Origin: Macrostomum lignano
Lineage: Eukaryota
Reading direction: 5' to 3'
DNA: 64,000 bases
Assembly: GCA_002269645.1 (NCBI GenBank)
Contig: NIVC01000501.1
Location: 124,001-188,000 of the forward strand
The notes under the pieces were generated by a model. The model did no database searches, was not told the origin of the DNA, and worked only from the letters and a program-made list of their open reading frames with translations. Below are positions 13,601 through 25,500 of this stretch, piece after piece (positions within the stretch are counted from its first letter, which is position 1; each line of letters starts with the position of its first letter). The position numbers and the translations under genes were made by a program.

Positions 13601-14399
13601 TTTTAATGAAAAATAGCCAAATTGAAATGGTGCTTTACCTATGAAAATGGAATGGGGAGAATGCAAGTGTATTTCAGATCAAGCTCAGTTTGTAAGGGGT
13701 TTTATTGTTACCTTATTTGTCATTGTTAATAGACTTCATTATTTGTTTTTATTTGTTGTGGTTCTGTGAATTTTCTCTCACTGGTATCTGATCAAATTAA
13801 CTGATTGACTTTAATATTTAATATTTGGCTTAATACGGAGCATTTTTTGTATGCAATCTGCCTGCATACGACTTTTTTACATCTCTTCACTGTAAAACTC
13901 TACATGTGTCATTTTTACCTACAAATAAATTAATACTACTATTGTAAGTAGCCTATTTAGTTTGTTTAGTTCTACTCGCATATTTAACCAGAAGACATAA
14001 AAATGTTTTTTCATATAGCATTTTTTGATTTACGAAAATATACTACTGTACAGTAGTATGTAGTCTATGCTGCAGGCACTGACCTTTAAGTTTCAGGTCA
14101 GTGTTAAAGTAGTAAGGTTTCACTGTACAGTAAATAATAAATGCATATAATATTACTGTATATTATTACTGAAGGAGGGCTGTGAGCACCTTGACGACAT
14201 TGCCCTAGAAAACAGCTGTAAATTCCCCTGAAATTCAAACAAATGGTCGACTTCGATCGTAAAAAAATTCTAACACAAATGAAGATAGAAGTGCATGTAC
14301 AGTATGAACTAGAGCTACGAGTACATGTACAGTCCAGAAGCAGCGAGAGACTTAAAACTTTCCTCGTATACTTGTCAACAAGTTGGCGCAGACGGCTGC

Positions 14400-14800
14400 G
14401 TGGGATACGGAGGTTGGTGCGGAGGGCTGGGGAGGGGGTTATTTGGCGCAGAGGGTTGAGGAGGAAGGTTAAGAGGGTTGGGGGGAGGGGATTGAGAGGT
14501 TTGGGCCGGGGGAGGGGTGTTGGCGCAGAGGGCTGGGTTATTGGCGCAGAGGGTTGGGGGAGGGAGGTTGGTGCGGAGTGGGGAGGGGTGTTGGCGCAGA
14601 GGGCTGGGTTATTGGCGCAGAGGGTGGGGGAGGGAGGTTGGTGCGGCGGGTTGGGGGGAGGGGGTTGGCGCAAAAGGATGGGGGAGGGGGTAACTAATTT
14701 GGCGCAGAGGGTGGAGTAGAGAGGTTGGTGCGGAGGGTTGGGGGATCGGAGAGGGTTGGGCTGGGGGGTTGGCGCAGAGGGTTGGGGAGGGGGTCGGTAA
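14400..14800. repeat. G-rich degenerate repeat (GGGTTGGCGCAGAGG core) with G-quadruplex potential
   Basis: Repeated TTGGCGCAGAGG and many G3-G5 runs. Confidence 0.8.
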
Positions 14801-15174
14801 GGGAGATTTCAGTTTATGGATAGTGAGAGATTTGGTTTTGAATAGTGAGCTGTTTGAATTTTAGTTTTTAGTTTAAGTAAAAGCAGTTCTAAGAATCAAT
14901 TACTTGTAGTTAGTTAGCACTCAACAAACCGGATAGTTGAGATAAAAGATTCCAGTAAAGTTATCTGTGTTTTGCGACACTGTCTTTTCTAATCTACAAA
15001 CTTGCAAGCCAAACTGCTAAACAGTGCAGTGGCAAACTTCAATCGATATATGAAGTCTGCAAAAATTTCCGTTTTGTCCCCCCCCCTACAATGACCACTT
15101 AAACTTTCGGTGATCACACATAAATGTAGATTGTGTACACACTACGTGTACTTCAAGTTGTTGGTTACTAGCTT

Positions 15175-15680
15175 GACACTCTTATGCTTTACTTGTCACT
15201 CCTATGCTGTACTTGTCACTCCGATGCTTTACTTGTCACTCCGATGCTTTACTTGTCACTCCGATTCTTGACTTGTCACTCCGATGCTTCACTTGTCCCT
15301 CCGATGCTTCACTTGTCACTCCGATGCTTCACTTGTCACTCCGATGCTTTACTTGTCACTCCGATGCTTCACTTGTCACTCCGATGCTTCACTTGTCACT
15401 CCGATTCTTGACTTGTCACTCCGATGCTTCACTTGTCCCTCCGATGCTTCACTTGTCACTCCGATGCTTCACTTGTCACTCCGATGCTTCACTTGTCACT
15501 CCGATGCTTCACTTGTCACTCCGATGCTTCACTTGTCACTCCGATTCTTGACTTGTCACTCCGATTCTTGACTTGTCACTCCGATGCTTCACTTGTCACT
15601 CCGATGCTTCACTTGTCACTCCGATGCTTCACTTGTCACTCCGATGCTTCACTTGTCACTCCGATTCTTGACTTGTCACT
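15175..15680. repeat. 20-bp minisatellite (CCGATGCTTCACTTGTCACT), about 25 copies
   Basis: Exact 20-nt periodicity. Confidence 0.97.
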
Positions 15681-15699
15681 TTTCAATTGTCAGGTAGCT

Positions 15700-15860
15700 G
15701 AGGCTGTATGTGTGGCGATCCCCCAGTCCTTGGACTGAACAGCCGTACGCAGCCTTCGATACGCCGCGCAATAGCTGCGGCTGAGCTGTCGGTTGCACAT
15801 CTGGCCCAATTTGTATTATTGGGCCAGGTGTAATTAAATATTATTGTTGTATTATTATTA
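15700..15860 (+). mobile_element. 5'-truncated copy (3' part) of the SINE at 45709-46015
   Basis: CCCCCAGT..TTGGA.TGAACAGCCGTACGCAGCCTTC...GCAATAGCTGCGGCTGAGCTGTCGGTTGCACATCTG is shared with about 45890-45975; ATT-repeat tail. Confidence 0.85.
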
Positions 15861-16546
15861 GTGACTCCATATTTGTCTCTCTCTCAACCTGTGGTCCACG
15901 CGCGGTTGAACTTTATTGGTTTAAAATACTACTTAATTAACTCAGTAGCACAAATGTTACAACTGACTTTATCTTTCTTACCTCTCTCTCCGTTTCACCC
16001 TAATTTGGTGTCGTTCAAGAAAAGAAGAGCTCTCACCAATAGGAACTAGCACTGGCAGGTGGTATAGAACCTAGTACAATCTATATTGATTATCAAGTCA
16101 GACAAATTGTAAAAAAGTTACGTGTAAATGTATTACAAACACACATCTGCGCAGTATTACGGAATTACGATTCTCTTAATACCGTGTCAGCCAGCCGTGC
16201 AGCGTGCCGGAGATAAGATAAATGCGGATTGCTTAGCAAACTCGTATGACGCATTTGAGCTAGTCTCGAATCTAATATACATGCTAAATGTGTATATATA
16301 TAGGTACGCACTATAGATGAGCCGAGCCGAAAGATTAAAGCAGTTTTCTATATACTGGAGCTCCTTCGTAAGCAATTGCCAAATAAGATTTATTCAGCAG
16401 GTAAGTTTAACTTTATTGCAACTATAATCAACGTTTCATCATTTAATTCCATGACAGAAAGAGGGGGTTGCAGAGCACATAGGGGACACGGGATAGCTGC
16501 GAAATGGACGCACGTAGCTGTTGCAATTGAGCGGATGCACGCTTGA

Positions 16547-19230
16547 AACAGAGTGGACACAGGCTTAGGAACAGAGTGGACACAGGCTTAGGAACAGTGG
16601 ACACAGGCTTAGGAACAGTGGACACAGGCTTAGGAACAGAGTGGACACAGGCTTAGGAACAGAGTGGACACAGGCTTAGGAACAGAGTGGACACAGGCTT
16701 AGGAACAGAGTGGACACAGGCTTAGGAACAGAGTGGACACAGGCTTAGGAACAGTGGACACAGGCTTAGGAACAGTGGACACAGGCTTAGGAACAGTGGA
16801 CACAGGCTTAGGAACAGAGTGGACACAGGCTTAGGAACAGAGTGGACACAGGCTTAGGAATAGAGTGGACACAGGCTTAGGAACAGAGAGTGGACACAGG
16901 CTTAGGAACAGAGTGGACACAGGCTTAGGAACAGAGTGGACACAGGCTTAGGAACAGTGGACACAGGCTTAGGAACAGAGTGGACACAGGCTTAGGAATA
17001 GAGTGGACACAGGCTTAGGAACAGAGTGGACACAGGCTTAGGAACAGAGTGGACACAGGCTTAGGAATAGAGAGTGGACACAGGCTTAGGAACAGAGTGG
17101 ACACAGGCTTAGGAACAGAGTGGACACAGGCTTAGGAACAGTGGACACAGGCTTAGGAACAGTGGACACAGGCTTAGGAACAGTGGACACAGGCTTAGGA
17201 ACAGAGTGGACACAGGCTTAGGAACAGAGTGGACACAGGCTTAGGAACAGAGTGGACACAGGCTTAGGAAGAGTGGACACAGGCTTAGGAACAGAGTGGA
17301 CACAGGCTTAGGAACAGTGGACACAGGCTTAGGAACAGAGTGGACACAGGCTTAGGAACAGAGTGGACACAGGCTTAGGAACAGAGTGGACACAGGCTTA
17401 GGAACAGAGTGGACACAGGCTTAGGAACAGAGTGGACACAGGCTTAGGAACAGAGTGGACACAGGCTTAGGAACAGAGTGGACACAGGCTTAGGAACAGA
17501 GTGGACACATGCTTAGGAACAGTGGACACAGGCTTAGGAACAGAGTGGACACAGGCTTAGGAACAGAGAGTGGACACAGGCTTAGGAACAGAGTGGACAC
17601 AGGCTTAGGTATAGAGTGGACACAGGCTTAGGAACAGAGTGGACACAGGCTTAGGAACAGAGTGGACACAGGCTTAGGAATAGAGTGGACACAGGCTTAG
17701 GAACAGAGTGGACACAGGCTTAGGAACAGAGTGGACACAGGCTTAGGAACAGAGTGGACATAGGCTTAGGAATAGAGTGGACACAGGCTTAGGAACAGAG
17801 TGGACACAGGCTTAGGAATAGAGTGGACACAGGCTTAGGAATAGAGTGGACACAGGCTTAGGAACAGAGTGGACACAGGCTTAGGAATAGAGTGGACACA
17901 GGCTTAGGAATAGAGTGGACACAGGCTTAGGAACAGAGTGGACACAGGCTTAGAAACAGAGTGGACACAGGCTTAGGAATAGAGAGTGGACACAGGCTTA
18001 GGAAGAGTGGACACAGGCTTGGGAATAGAGTGGACACAGGCTTAGGAACAGAGTGGACACAGGCTTAGGAACAGTGGACACAGGCTTAGGAACAGAGTGG
18101 ACACAGGCTTAGGAACAGAGAGTGGACACAGGCTTAGGAACAGAGTGGACACAGGCTTAGGTATAGAGTGGACACAGGCTTAGGAACAGAGTGGACACAG
18201 GCTTAGGAACAGAGTGGACACAGGCTTAGGAATAGAGTGGACACAGGCTTAGGAACAGAGTGGACACAGGCTTAGGAACAGAGTGGACACAGGCTTAGGA
18301 ACAGAGTGGACATAGGCTTAGGAATAGAGTGGACACAGGCTTAGGAACAGAGTGGACACAGGCTTAGGAATAGAGTGGACACAGGCTTAGGAATAGAGTG
18401 GACACAGGCTTAGGAACAGAGTGGACACAGGCTTAGGAATAGAGTGGACACAGGCTTAGGAATAGAGTGGACACAGGCTTAGGAACAGAGTGGACACAGG
18501 CTTAGAAACAGAGTGGACACAGGCTTAGGAATAGAGAGTGGACACAGGCTTAGGAAGAGTGGACACAGGCTTGGGAATAGAGTGGACACAGGCTTAGGAA
18601 CAGAGTGGACACAGGCTTAGGAACAGAGTGGACACAGGCTTAGGAACAGAGTGGACACAGGCTTAGGAACAGAGTGGACACAGGCTTAGGAAGAGTGGAC
18701 ACAGGCTTAGGAACAGAGTGGACACAGGCTTAGGAACAGAGTGGACGCAGGCTTAGGAACAGTGGACACAGGCTTAGGAAACAGTGGACACAGGCTTAGG
18801 AACAGAGTGGGACACAGGCTTAGGAACAGAGTGGACACAGGCTTAGGAACAGAGTGGAAACAGCTAGGCTTAGAAACAGAGTGGGCACAGGCTTAGGAAA
18901 CAGTGGACACAGGCTTAGGAACAGAGTGGACACAGGCTTAGGAACAGAGTGGACACAGGCTTAGGAACAGTGGACACAGGCTTAGGAATAGAGAGTGGAT
19001 ACAGGCTTATGAATAGAGTGGACACAGGCTTAGGAACAGAGTGGGCACAGGCTTAGGAAACAGTGGACACAGGCTTAGGAACAGAGTGGACACAGGCTTA
19101 GGAACAGAGTGGACACAGGCTTAGGAACAGTGGACACAGGCTTAGGAATAGAGAGTGGATACAGGCTTATGAATAGAGTGGACATAGGCTAGGAGAGGAC
19201 GCAGGCTAAGGACAGAGTGGACACAGATAG
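16547..19230. repeat. 23-bp minisatellite (GAGTGGACACAGGCTTAGGAACA) with 21/25-bp variants, about 2.7 kb
   Basis: Over 100 near-identical units. Confidence 0.98.
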
Positions 19231-19747
19231 CAGCAATCGAGTAAAAGCAGATTTGGAACACTAGAGGTCTCTGGAGCGTGCTGCATATAATAGTATGTAA
19301 GAAGTGGCAGTTATCTGGTACAGTCGCCTGTAACTGCGCAATTCCAGAACCCACTTAGAATAAAGAGCTACATGTTGGTATAATATGATAGTATGCCAGT
19401 AACCACAGCACACACAAATGCATTCAAGTGATTCAAAGTGGTTTAGGGAACGCGTTATAAATGAAAAATTTAAATCATCATCTAGATGCGACTATAAACA
19501 TATTTAATTCTAAGAATTTTCTATTATGTAACAACCCAGATACGCTTACGAGCTTGCACGAGTATGCATGTCCCATTAGCCCTGGCTTTGTTAAATAAAA
19601 CTCGTATATTGTATTAAAGAACTTTGAACAGGGTTCAATTTACATGTAATATCAATAATTATTATCTATCTAACTCTGCATTACAATTACTTAGGACAAG
19701 AGCCGGCAACGCCAAGTAAAGCAGGATAATTATAATACACTCGTAAG

Positions 19748-20144
19748 ATGTCCAGCTTCAGACACGGACTGTGCGGCTGCTTTGACGACTGCGGTAAGAA
19801 GGGCCTGATTGAAGTGTTGATTGAGGAAACAGACGACCCAAACCGCCGTAACCCGCTAATCTGCAGGTGTGGCCCTAATAACATATTTCTGCCCGTGTTA
19901 CGCATTCGGCAAGAATGCAGAGGCTGTGGGAGACAGCTGCTGCCTGTGCGGCTGTGCCTACCTATTCTGCCCCATCATTCTGGGCTGCATTATGCGCGGC
20001 AAACTGCGCGAGAAGCAGGACATCCCGGGCGGCTGTTGCAGCGACCTTCTGACGCACTTCTTCTGCCATATGTGCGCCCTGTGCCAGGAGGGCCAGGAGG
20101 TCAAGCATATTACACTCAACACCCAGGCCATGGAGAGAGAGTAA
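19748..20144 (+). CDS. PLAC8/cornifelin-family Cys-rich protein, 107 aa, 2 exons
   Basis: Exons 19748-19793 (donor GTAAGA) and 19867-20144 (CTAAT branch point, CTGCAG acceptor), phase 1. GLCGCFDDCG, YFCPC, MRGKLREK..IPG..CSD...HFFC..CALCQE are PLAC8-domain hallmarks. Confidence 0.93.
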
Positions 20145-20509
20145 TTCTAACGGCGCAACTTACTCAGCTGCACAGCCACATAAAGGTGGAAAACGTTTCT
20201 GATTACTGCAGTATAGGCACTTTTATATTATACTTACATTAGCAACTAAAAATCACTTATAGCGAACTTAATTAAGTTCTTTAATCTACTGAGCTGACTA
20301 AAGCTTCTTGTTAATTGAAAAGACCAATAATTCCCAGCTATGATATCAGCTTTCCTTAAATTATTTCTAATCTATGCAGTGGTATAGTGCTGTGCACAAA
20401 TATACCGACAAAATACATGTATGAGCCAGCTCTCGGTGCCAACATGTGGCGAATAAAGACTTGAAACAAATTTATTAAACAAAATTGAGAGTGAGCGCTA
20501 CCCTGCGAA

Positions 20510-21300
20510 TGTGAATGAGGGAGAGTGAGATACTGAAGGAGTGAATGAGGGAGAGTGAGATACTGGAGGGGTGAATGAGGGAGAGTGAGATACTGAAGGA
20601 GTGAATGAGGGAGAGTGAGATACAGAAGGAGTGAATGAGGGAGAGAATGAGATACTGAAGGAGTGAATGAGGGAGAGTGAGATACTGAAGGAGTGAATGA
20701 GGGAGAGTGAGATACTGAAGGGGTGAACAGGGAGAGTGAGATACTGAAGGGGTGAGTAGGGAGAGAGAGATACTGAAGGAGTGAATGAGGGAGAGAATGA
20801 GATACTGAAGGAGTGAATGAGGGAGAGTGAGATACTGAAGGAGTGAATGAGGGAGAGTGAGATACTGAAGGGGTGAGTAGGGAGAGTGAGATACTGAAGG
20901 AGTGAATGAGGGAGAGTGAGATACTGAAGGAGTGAATGAGGGAGAGTGAGATACTGAAGGGGTGAACAGGGAGAGTGAGATACTGAAGGGGTGAGTAGGG
21001 AGAGAGAGATACTGAAGGAGTGAATGAGGGAGAGAATGAGATACTGAAGGAGTGAATGAGGGAGAGTGAGATACTGAAGGAGTGAATGAGGGAGAGTGAG
21101 ATACTGAAGGGGTGAGTAGGGAGAGTGAGATACTGAAGGAGTGAATGAGGGAGAGTGAGATACTGAAGGGGTGAATGAGGGAGAGAGTGAGATACTGAAG
21201 GGTGAATGAGGGAGAGAGTGAGATACTGAAGGGGTGAATGAGGGAGAGAGTGAGATACTGAAGGGTGAATGAGGGAGAGTGAGCTCTGAGTGGGTGAATG
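20510..21300. repeat. 30-bp purine-rich minisatellite (GAGGGAGAGTGAGATACTGAAGGAGTGAAT)
   Basis: Period 30 with small variants. Confidence 0.96.
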
Positions 21301-21579
21301 ATAGAGAAATTTAAAACACTAAAGGACTAAGGCTAGGCATCCTTTTACAATCAACCAAATTTTGTTGCACACTTTAAAATTCATTAATGGAAAAAGTTTA
21401 ACAGCTTTTGCAGCTGCAACTCTTGTGGATAGTATAATATTAGACAGCAACAAATAAGCAATTGCTAAGAGGGTACTTTAGCGACACGGATTTTGTTGGG
21501 AATTGTTAAACAGTTAAATTAGAGAATTTCATTAGGAAATTTGATTGATCATTGTATTATTTTTCCACAATATATGTTG

Positions 21580-21829
21580 AAACAGACAGACAAACAGGCA
21601 GGCAGCCAGACAGACACACCGACAGACAGATGGACAGACACGAAGACAGGCAGGCAGAGACAGACCGACAGACAGACACGAAGACAGACAGACAGGCAGA
21701 CAGACCGACAGACAGACCGACAGACAGACAGGCAGACAGACACGAAGACAAACAGACCGACAGACAGACACGAAGACAGACAGACAGGCAGACAGACACG
21801 AAGACAGACAGACAGACAGACAGACGGGC

Positions 21830-21861
<32 letters not shown>

Positions 21862-21909
21862 GGGCAGACAGACGGGCAGACAGACAGACAGACAGACAGA
21901 CAGACGGGC

Positions 21910-21957
<48 letters not shown>

Positions 21958-21973
21958 GGGCAGACAGACGGGC

Positions 21974-22009
<36 letters not shown>

Positions 22010-22013
22010 GGGC

Positions 22014-22053
<40 letters not shown>

Positions 22054-22057
22054 GGGC

Positions 22058-22101
<44 letters not shown>

Positions 22102-22105
22102 GGGC

Positions 22106-22141
<36 letters not shown>

Positions 22142-22145
22142 GGGC

Positions 22146-22188
<43 letters not shown>

Positions 22189-22190
22189 GG
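21580..22190. repeat. (GACA)n microsatellite with GACGGGCA interruptions
   Basis: Direct reading; source of the QTDR and SVCL pseudo-ORFs. Confidence 0.97.
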
Positions 22191-22506
22191 AGACAGCGAA
22201 CTGCAGCAGTTGGTGCATGTACTACATGCAGAGAGCAATATTAAAAAAGGTGAGGGAAGTGAGGCTACTATAACAATAACCTCAAGTAGTTACTGATGAG
22301 CAGTAGCAACATGATGATAAACTCGGCAGTTAATTATTAACAGAGAATTATAAAGAACTTCGCAGCCAGGCCGCGCGACAGGCAATCAGTAAAAATAAAT
22401 GTAACATGAAATCAGACTTTTCAAGATCCGCAACAGGAGAAAAATAAAGAATAAAGCATGCAATTTTTATAGCTGAGTCCTGAACTCTGCCGTGGCCACT
22501 TCTGCT

Positions 22507-25500
22507 TCACTTTTTGATGCTAAACGCCAGCTTAGGCCGGGCCTTCTTCTTGTTCAGGATCATCTCCTGTTGGACGCTGTGAACTCGACGTTGCTCGTCT
22601 TCAACCTGCTGCCGAGATTCGAGTTCGCGTCTTTCACGCTCCACCTTGTCCAGCTGCTCCTCCGCCTGGCGGGATGGGATTAACAGCGGGGGATTAGTGG
22701 TGAGTCCAAGGTCAGCTCAATGAGCCATGGGTCAACTGAGTCAGGGGACAATTGAGTCAGGGGACAACTGAGTCAGGGGACAACTTATTGAGTCAGGGGT
22801 CAATTGAGTCAAGGGTCAACTTATTGAGTCAGGGGTCAATTGAGTCAAGGGTCAACTTATTGAGTCAGGGGTCAATTGAGTCAAGGGTCAACTTATTGAG
22901 TCAGGGGTCAATTGAGTCAAGGGTCAACTTATTGAGCCAGGGGTCAATTGAGTCAAGCGTCAACTTATTGAGTCAGAGGTCAACTGAGTCTGGGGTCAAC
23001 TTATTAAGTCAAGGGTCAACTGAGGCAAAGGTCAACTTATTGAGTCAGGGGTCAATTGAGTCAAGGGTCAACTTATTGAGTCAGAGGTCAACTGAGTCTG
23101 GGGTCAACTTATTAAGTCAAGGGTCAACTGAGGCAAAGGTCAACTTATTGAGTCAGGGGTCAATTGAGTCAAGGGTCAACTTATTGAGTCAGAGGTCAAC
23201 TGAGTCTGGGGTCAACTTATTAAGTCAAGGGTCAACTGAGGCAAAGGTCAACTTATTGAGTCAGGGGTCAATTGAGTCAAGGGTCAACTGAGCCAAGGGT
23301 CAACTGCCTGTCGACCCTTGCCTGTCGAGACAGTCAGGGGTCAACTGAGTCAAGGGTCAACTTATTGAGCCAGGGGTCAATTGAGTCAAGCGTCAACTTA
23401 TTGAGTCAGAGGTCAACTGAGTCTGGGGTCAACTTATTAAGTCAAGGGTCAACTGAGGCAAAGGTCAACTTATTGAGTCAGGGGTCAATTGAGTCAAGGG
23501 TCAACTTATTGAGTCAGAGGTCAACTGAGTCTGGGGTCAACTTATTAAGTCAAGGGTCAACTGAGGCAAAGGTCAACTTATTGAGTCAGGGGTCAATTGA
23601 GTCAAGGGTCAACTTATTGAGTCAGAGGTCAACTGAGTCTGGGGTCAACTTATTAAGTCAAGGGTCAACTGAGGCAAAGGTCAACTTATTGAGTCAGGGG
23701 TCAATTGAGTCAAGGGTCAACTGAGCCAAGGGTCAACTGCCTGTCGACCCTTGCCTGTCGAGACAGTCAGGGGTCAACTGAGTCAAGGGTCAACTTATTG
23801 AACCAAGGTTTAACTGAGTCAGGGGTCAACTTAATGGGTCAAGAATCTTTAAAGTGGTTTAAGAGGTTCCTAAGTCAGTCGGGGTCCACTAAGTAGGTCA
23901 GGCGCTTTCTAAGTGAATAAAGTGTAGGAAGCGGGTCAAGGGTCAACTAAACGAGCTAATGAATTGGGTCAAGAGTCGAACCAGGTCTAGAATACACCGT
24001 CTAAATCAACTTACCTGTTTACGCAGAGCCTCTTGTATCTTGCGATTGTTCTCCTCTTCAATGCGAGCCAGCTCTTCTTGGCGTTTCCGTTCTTCATCCT
24101 GTGCCGACGTAGGTGGGAAAAATTTCCCCCAAAAAAAGAATTTTCGGGGGCGGGAGACGCAAGGATAGGAATTTGTTTGCTTTATTTTTTGAAACAACTT
24201 CATTTTCATGTCTTTACTGCGCTACTAATAGTAGCGTTCCACAACATTTTTAATGAGATTTTTATTTTTATTAGGAACAGAATTTATTTAATTATGCAGA
24301 ATAAAAGCTTCGGTGTCCAAGAGTCTGAGAAGTGTCCGCTGACCGGAATGCAGCACTGGAAATATCAATTGATTTGTGCTTATGATTTTTTGTTTTTACT
24401 TACGAATTTTCAAACAAGCATCGATAATGATGTTTATTTTCTTTTGAATTATTTTCACGCAAATAAACAAACAAACAAAATTAGCGTTGATTTTACCCAG
24501 CTGACGAGAATCGCGTCCTTAGATACAGCTAGCTGCCAGTTGAGAGGCGCGCGTGGGGCCAATGGACAGAGCGCTGCTGGATCGGCCAGCCACAGATCCA
24601 CCAAGTTGCAATGCGCTTTTTTGCCAACACAATTTCAGCATCAATTAATCAATAGATTCGAAACAATATATAACGACATCAAGTAAAACATAATTTAGGA
24701 AAAAGGGGCTTTCTTTTGCAAAAATAATGATACTCTTCATAATAATATAAGCAAATCTGAAAGACAAAACAATATTTTTCAGGGGTTATCTTTGTTCTCT
24801 CCGATTCTCTGAACCAAATTCTGTGCCCTCTTCCGTTACCTCCTTGCGTCGTTCGGCTTCCATTCGGGCCTCGTGCTGTCGCTGCACTTCGTCGGCGAGT
24901 TTCCGTTCCAACTCCGTCCGGTAGGCGTCCACCCGACGCATCACTTCCGCTTCGATCTCGGCCTGCCGCTCGGCGACAGCTTCGCGAACCCGACGCTCGA
25001 CCTCTTCTTGGACGCGCTTGGAGACCTCGGCTTCGAGTAGTTTCTCTTCCATTGCGCGCTGACGCTCCTGGCGCATACGTTCGCGCCTGCGATTTTTATA
25101 TAGTTAGTTTTCTTAGTTTCGATACATATCGTCTATAGTACAGAAGCAGACAAAATAATTGTTTTTCGATACATATCGGCTATACTACACAAGTAGACAA
25201 TACAAGTGTTTTTTTATACATATGGGCTACAATACACAAAAAATTATTTGCGATACATATCGGCTATACTACACAAGTAGACAACAAAAGTTTTTTTCGA
25301 TACATATCGGCTATACTACACAATACACGTGTTTTTTGATACATCGGCTATACTACACAATACACGTGTTTTTTGATACATATCGGCTAGACTATTTTGT
25401 TATTATTACAATACATTCCACAAACCTTTCATTCTCAATTGCTAACTGTTTCTCTTCTTCTTCCTTCCGTTTGGCCTCGAGAATCTTACGATCGATCTCT

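Noticed and set aside
14104-14719. ORFs 14243-14719 (+) and 14104-14673 (-)
   Set aside because: Mostly the G-rich repeat; no recognisable domain or exon structure.
15720-15835. Hammerhead, HDV-like or twister ribozyme in the SINE tail
   Set aside because: No CUGANGA plus GAAA core and no HDV or twister pseudoknot pattern could be fitted; only generic stems are supported.
16547-19230. CRISPR-like or telomeric array (contains CTTAGG)
   Set aside because: Units are head-to-tail with no unique spacers, the context is eukaryotic, and TTAGG is a single word inside a 23-mer rather than a telomeric run.
19748-20242. 164-aa unspliced ORF
   Set aside because: It reads through the 73-nt intron into a wrong frame; the spliced product restores the PLAC8 domain.
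22290-22325. CTGATGAG / ATGATGA boxes as hammerhead or C/D snoRNA
   Set aside because: No matching GAAA or D box with terminal stems; expected by chance.
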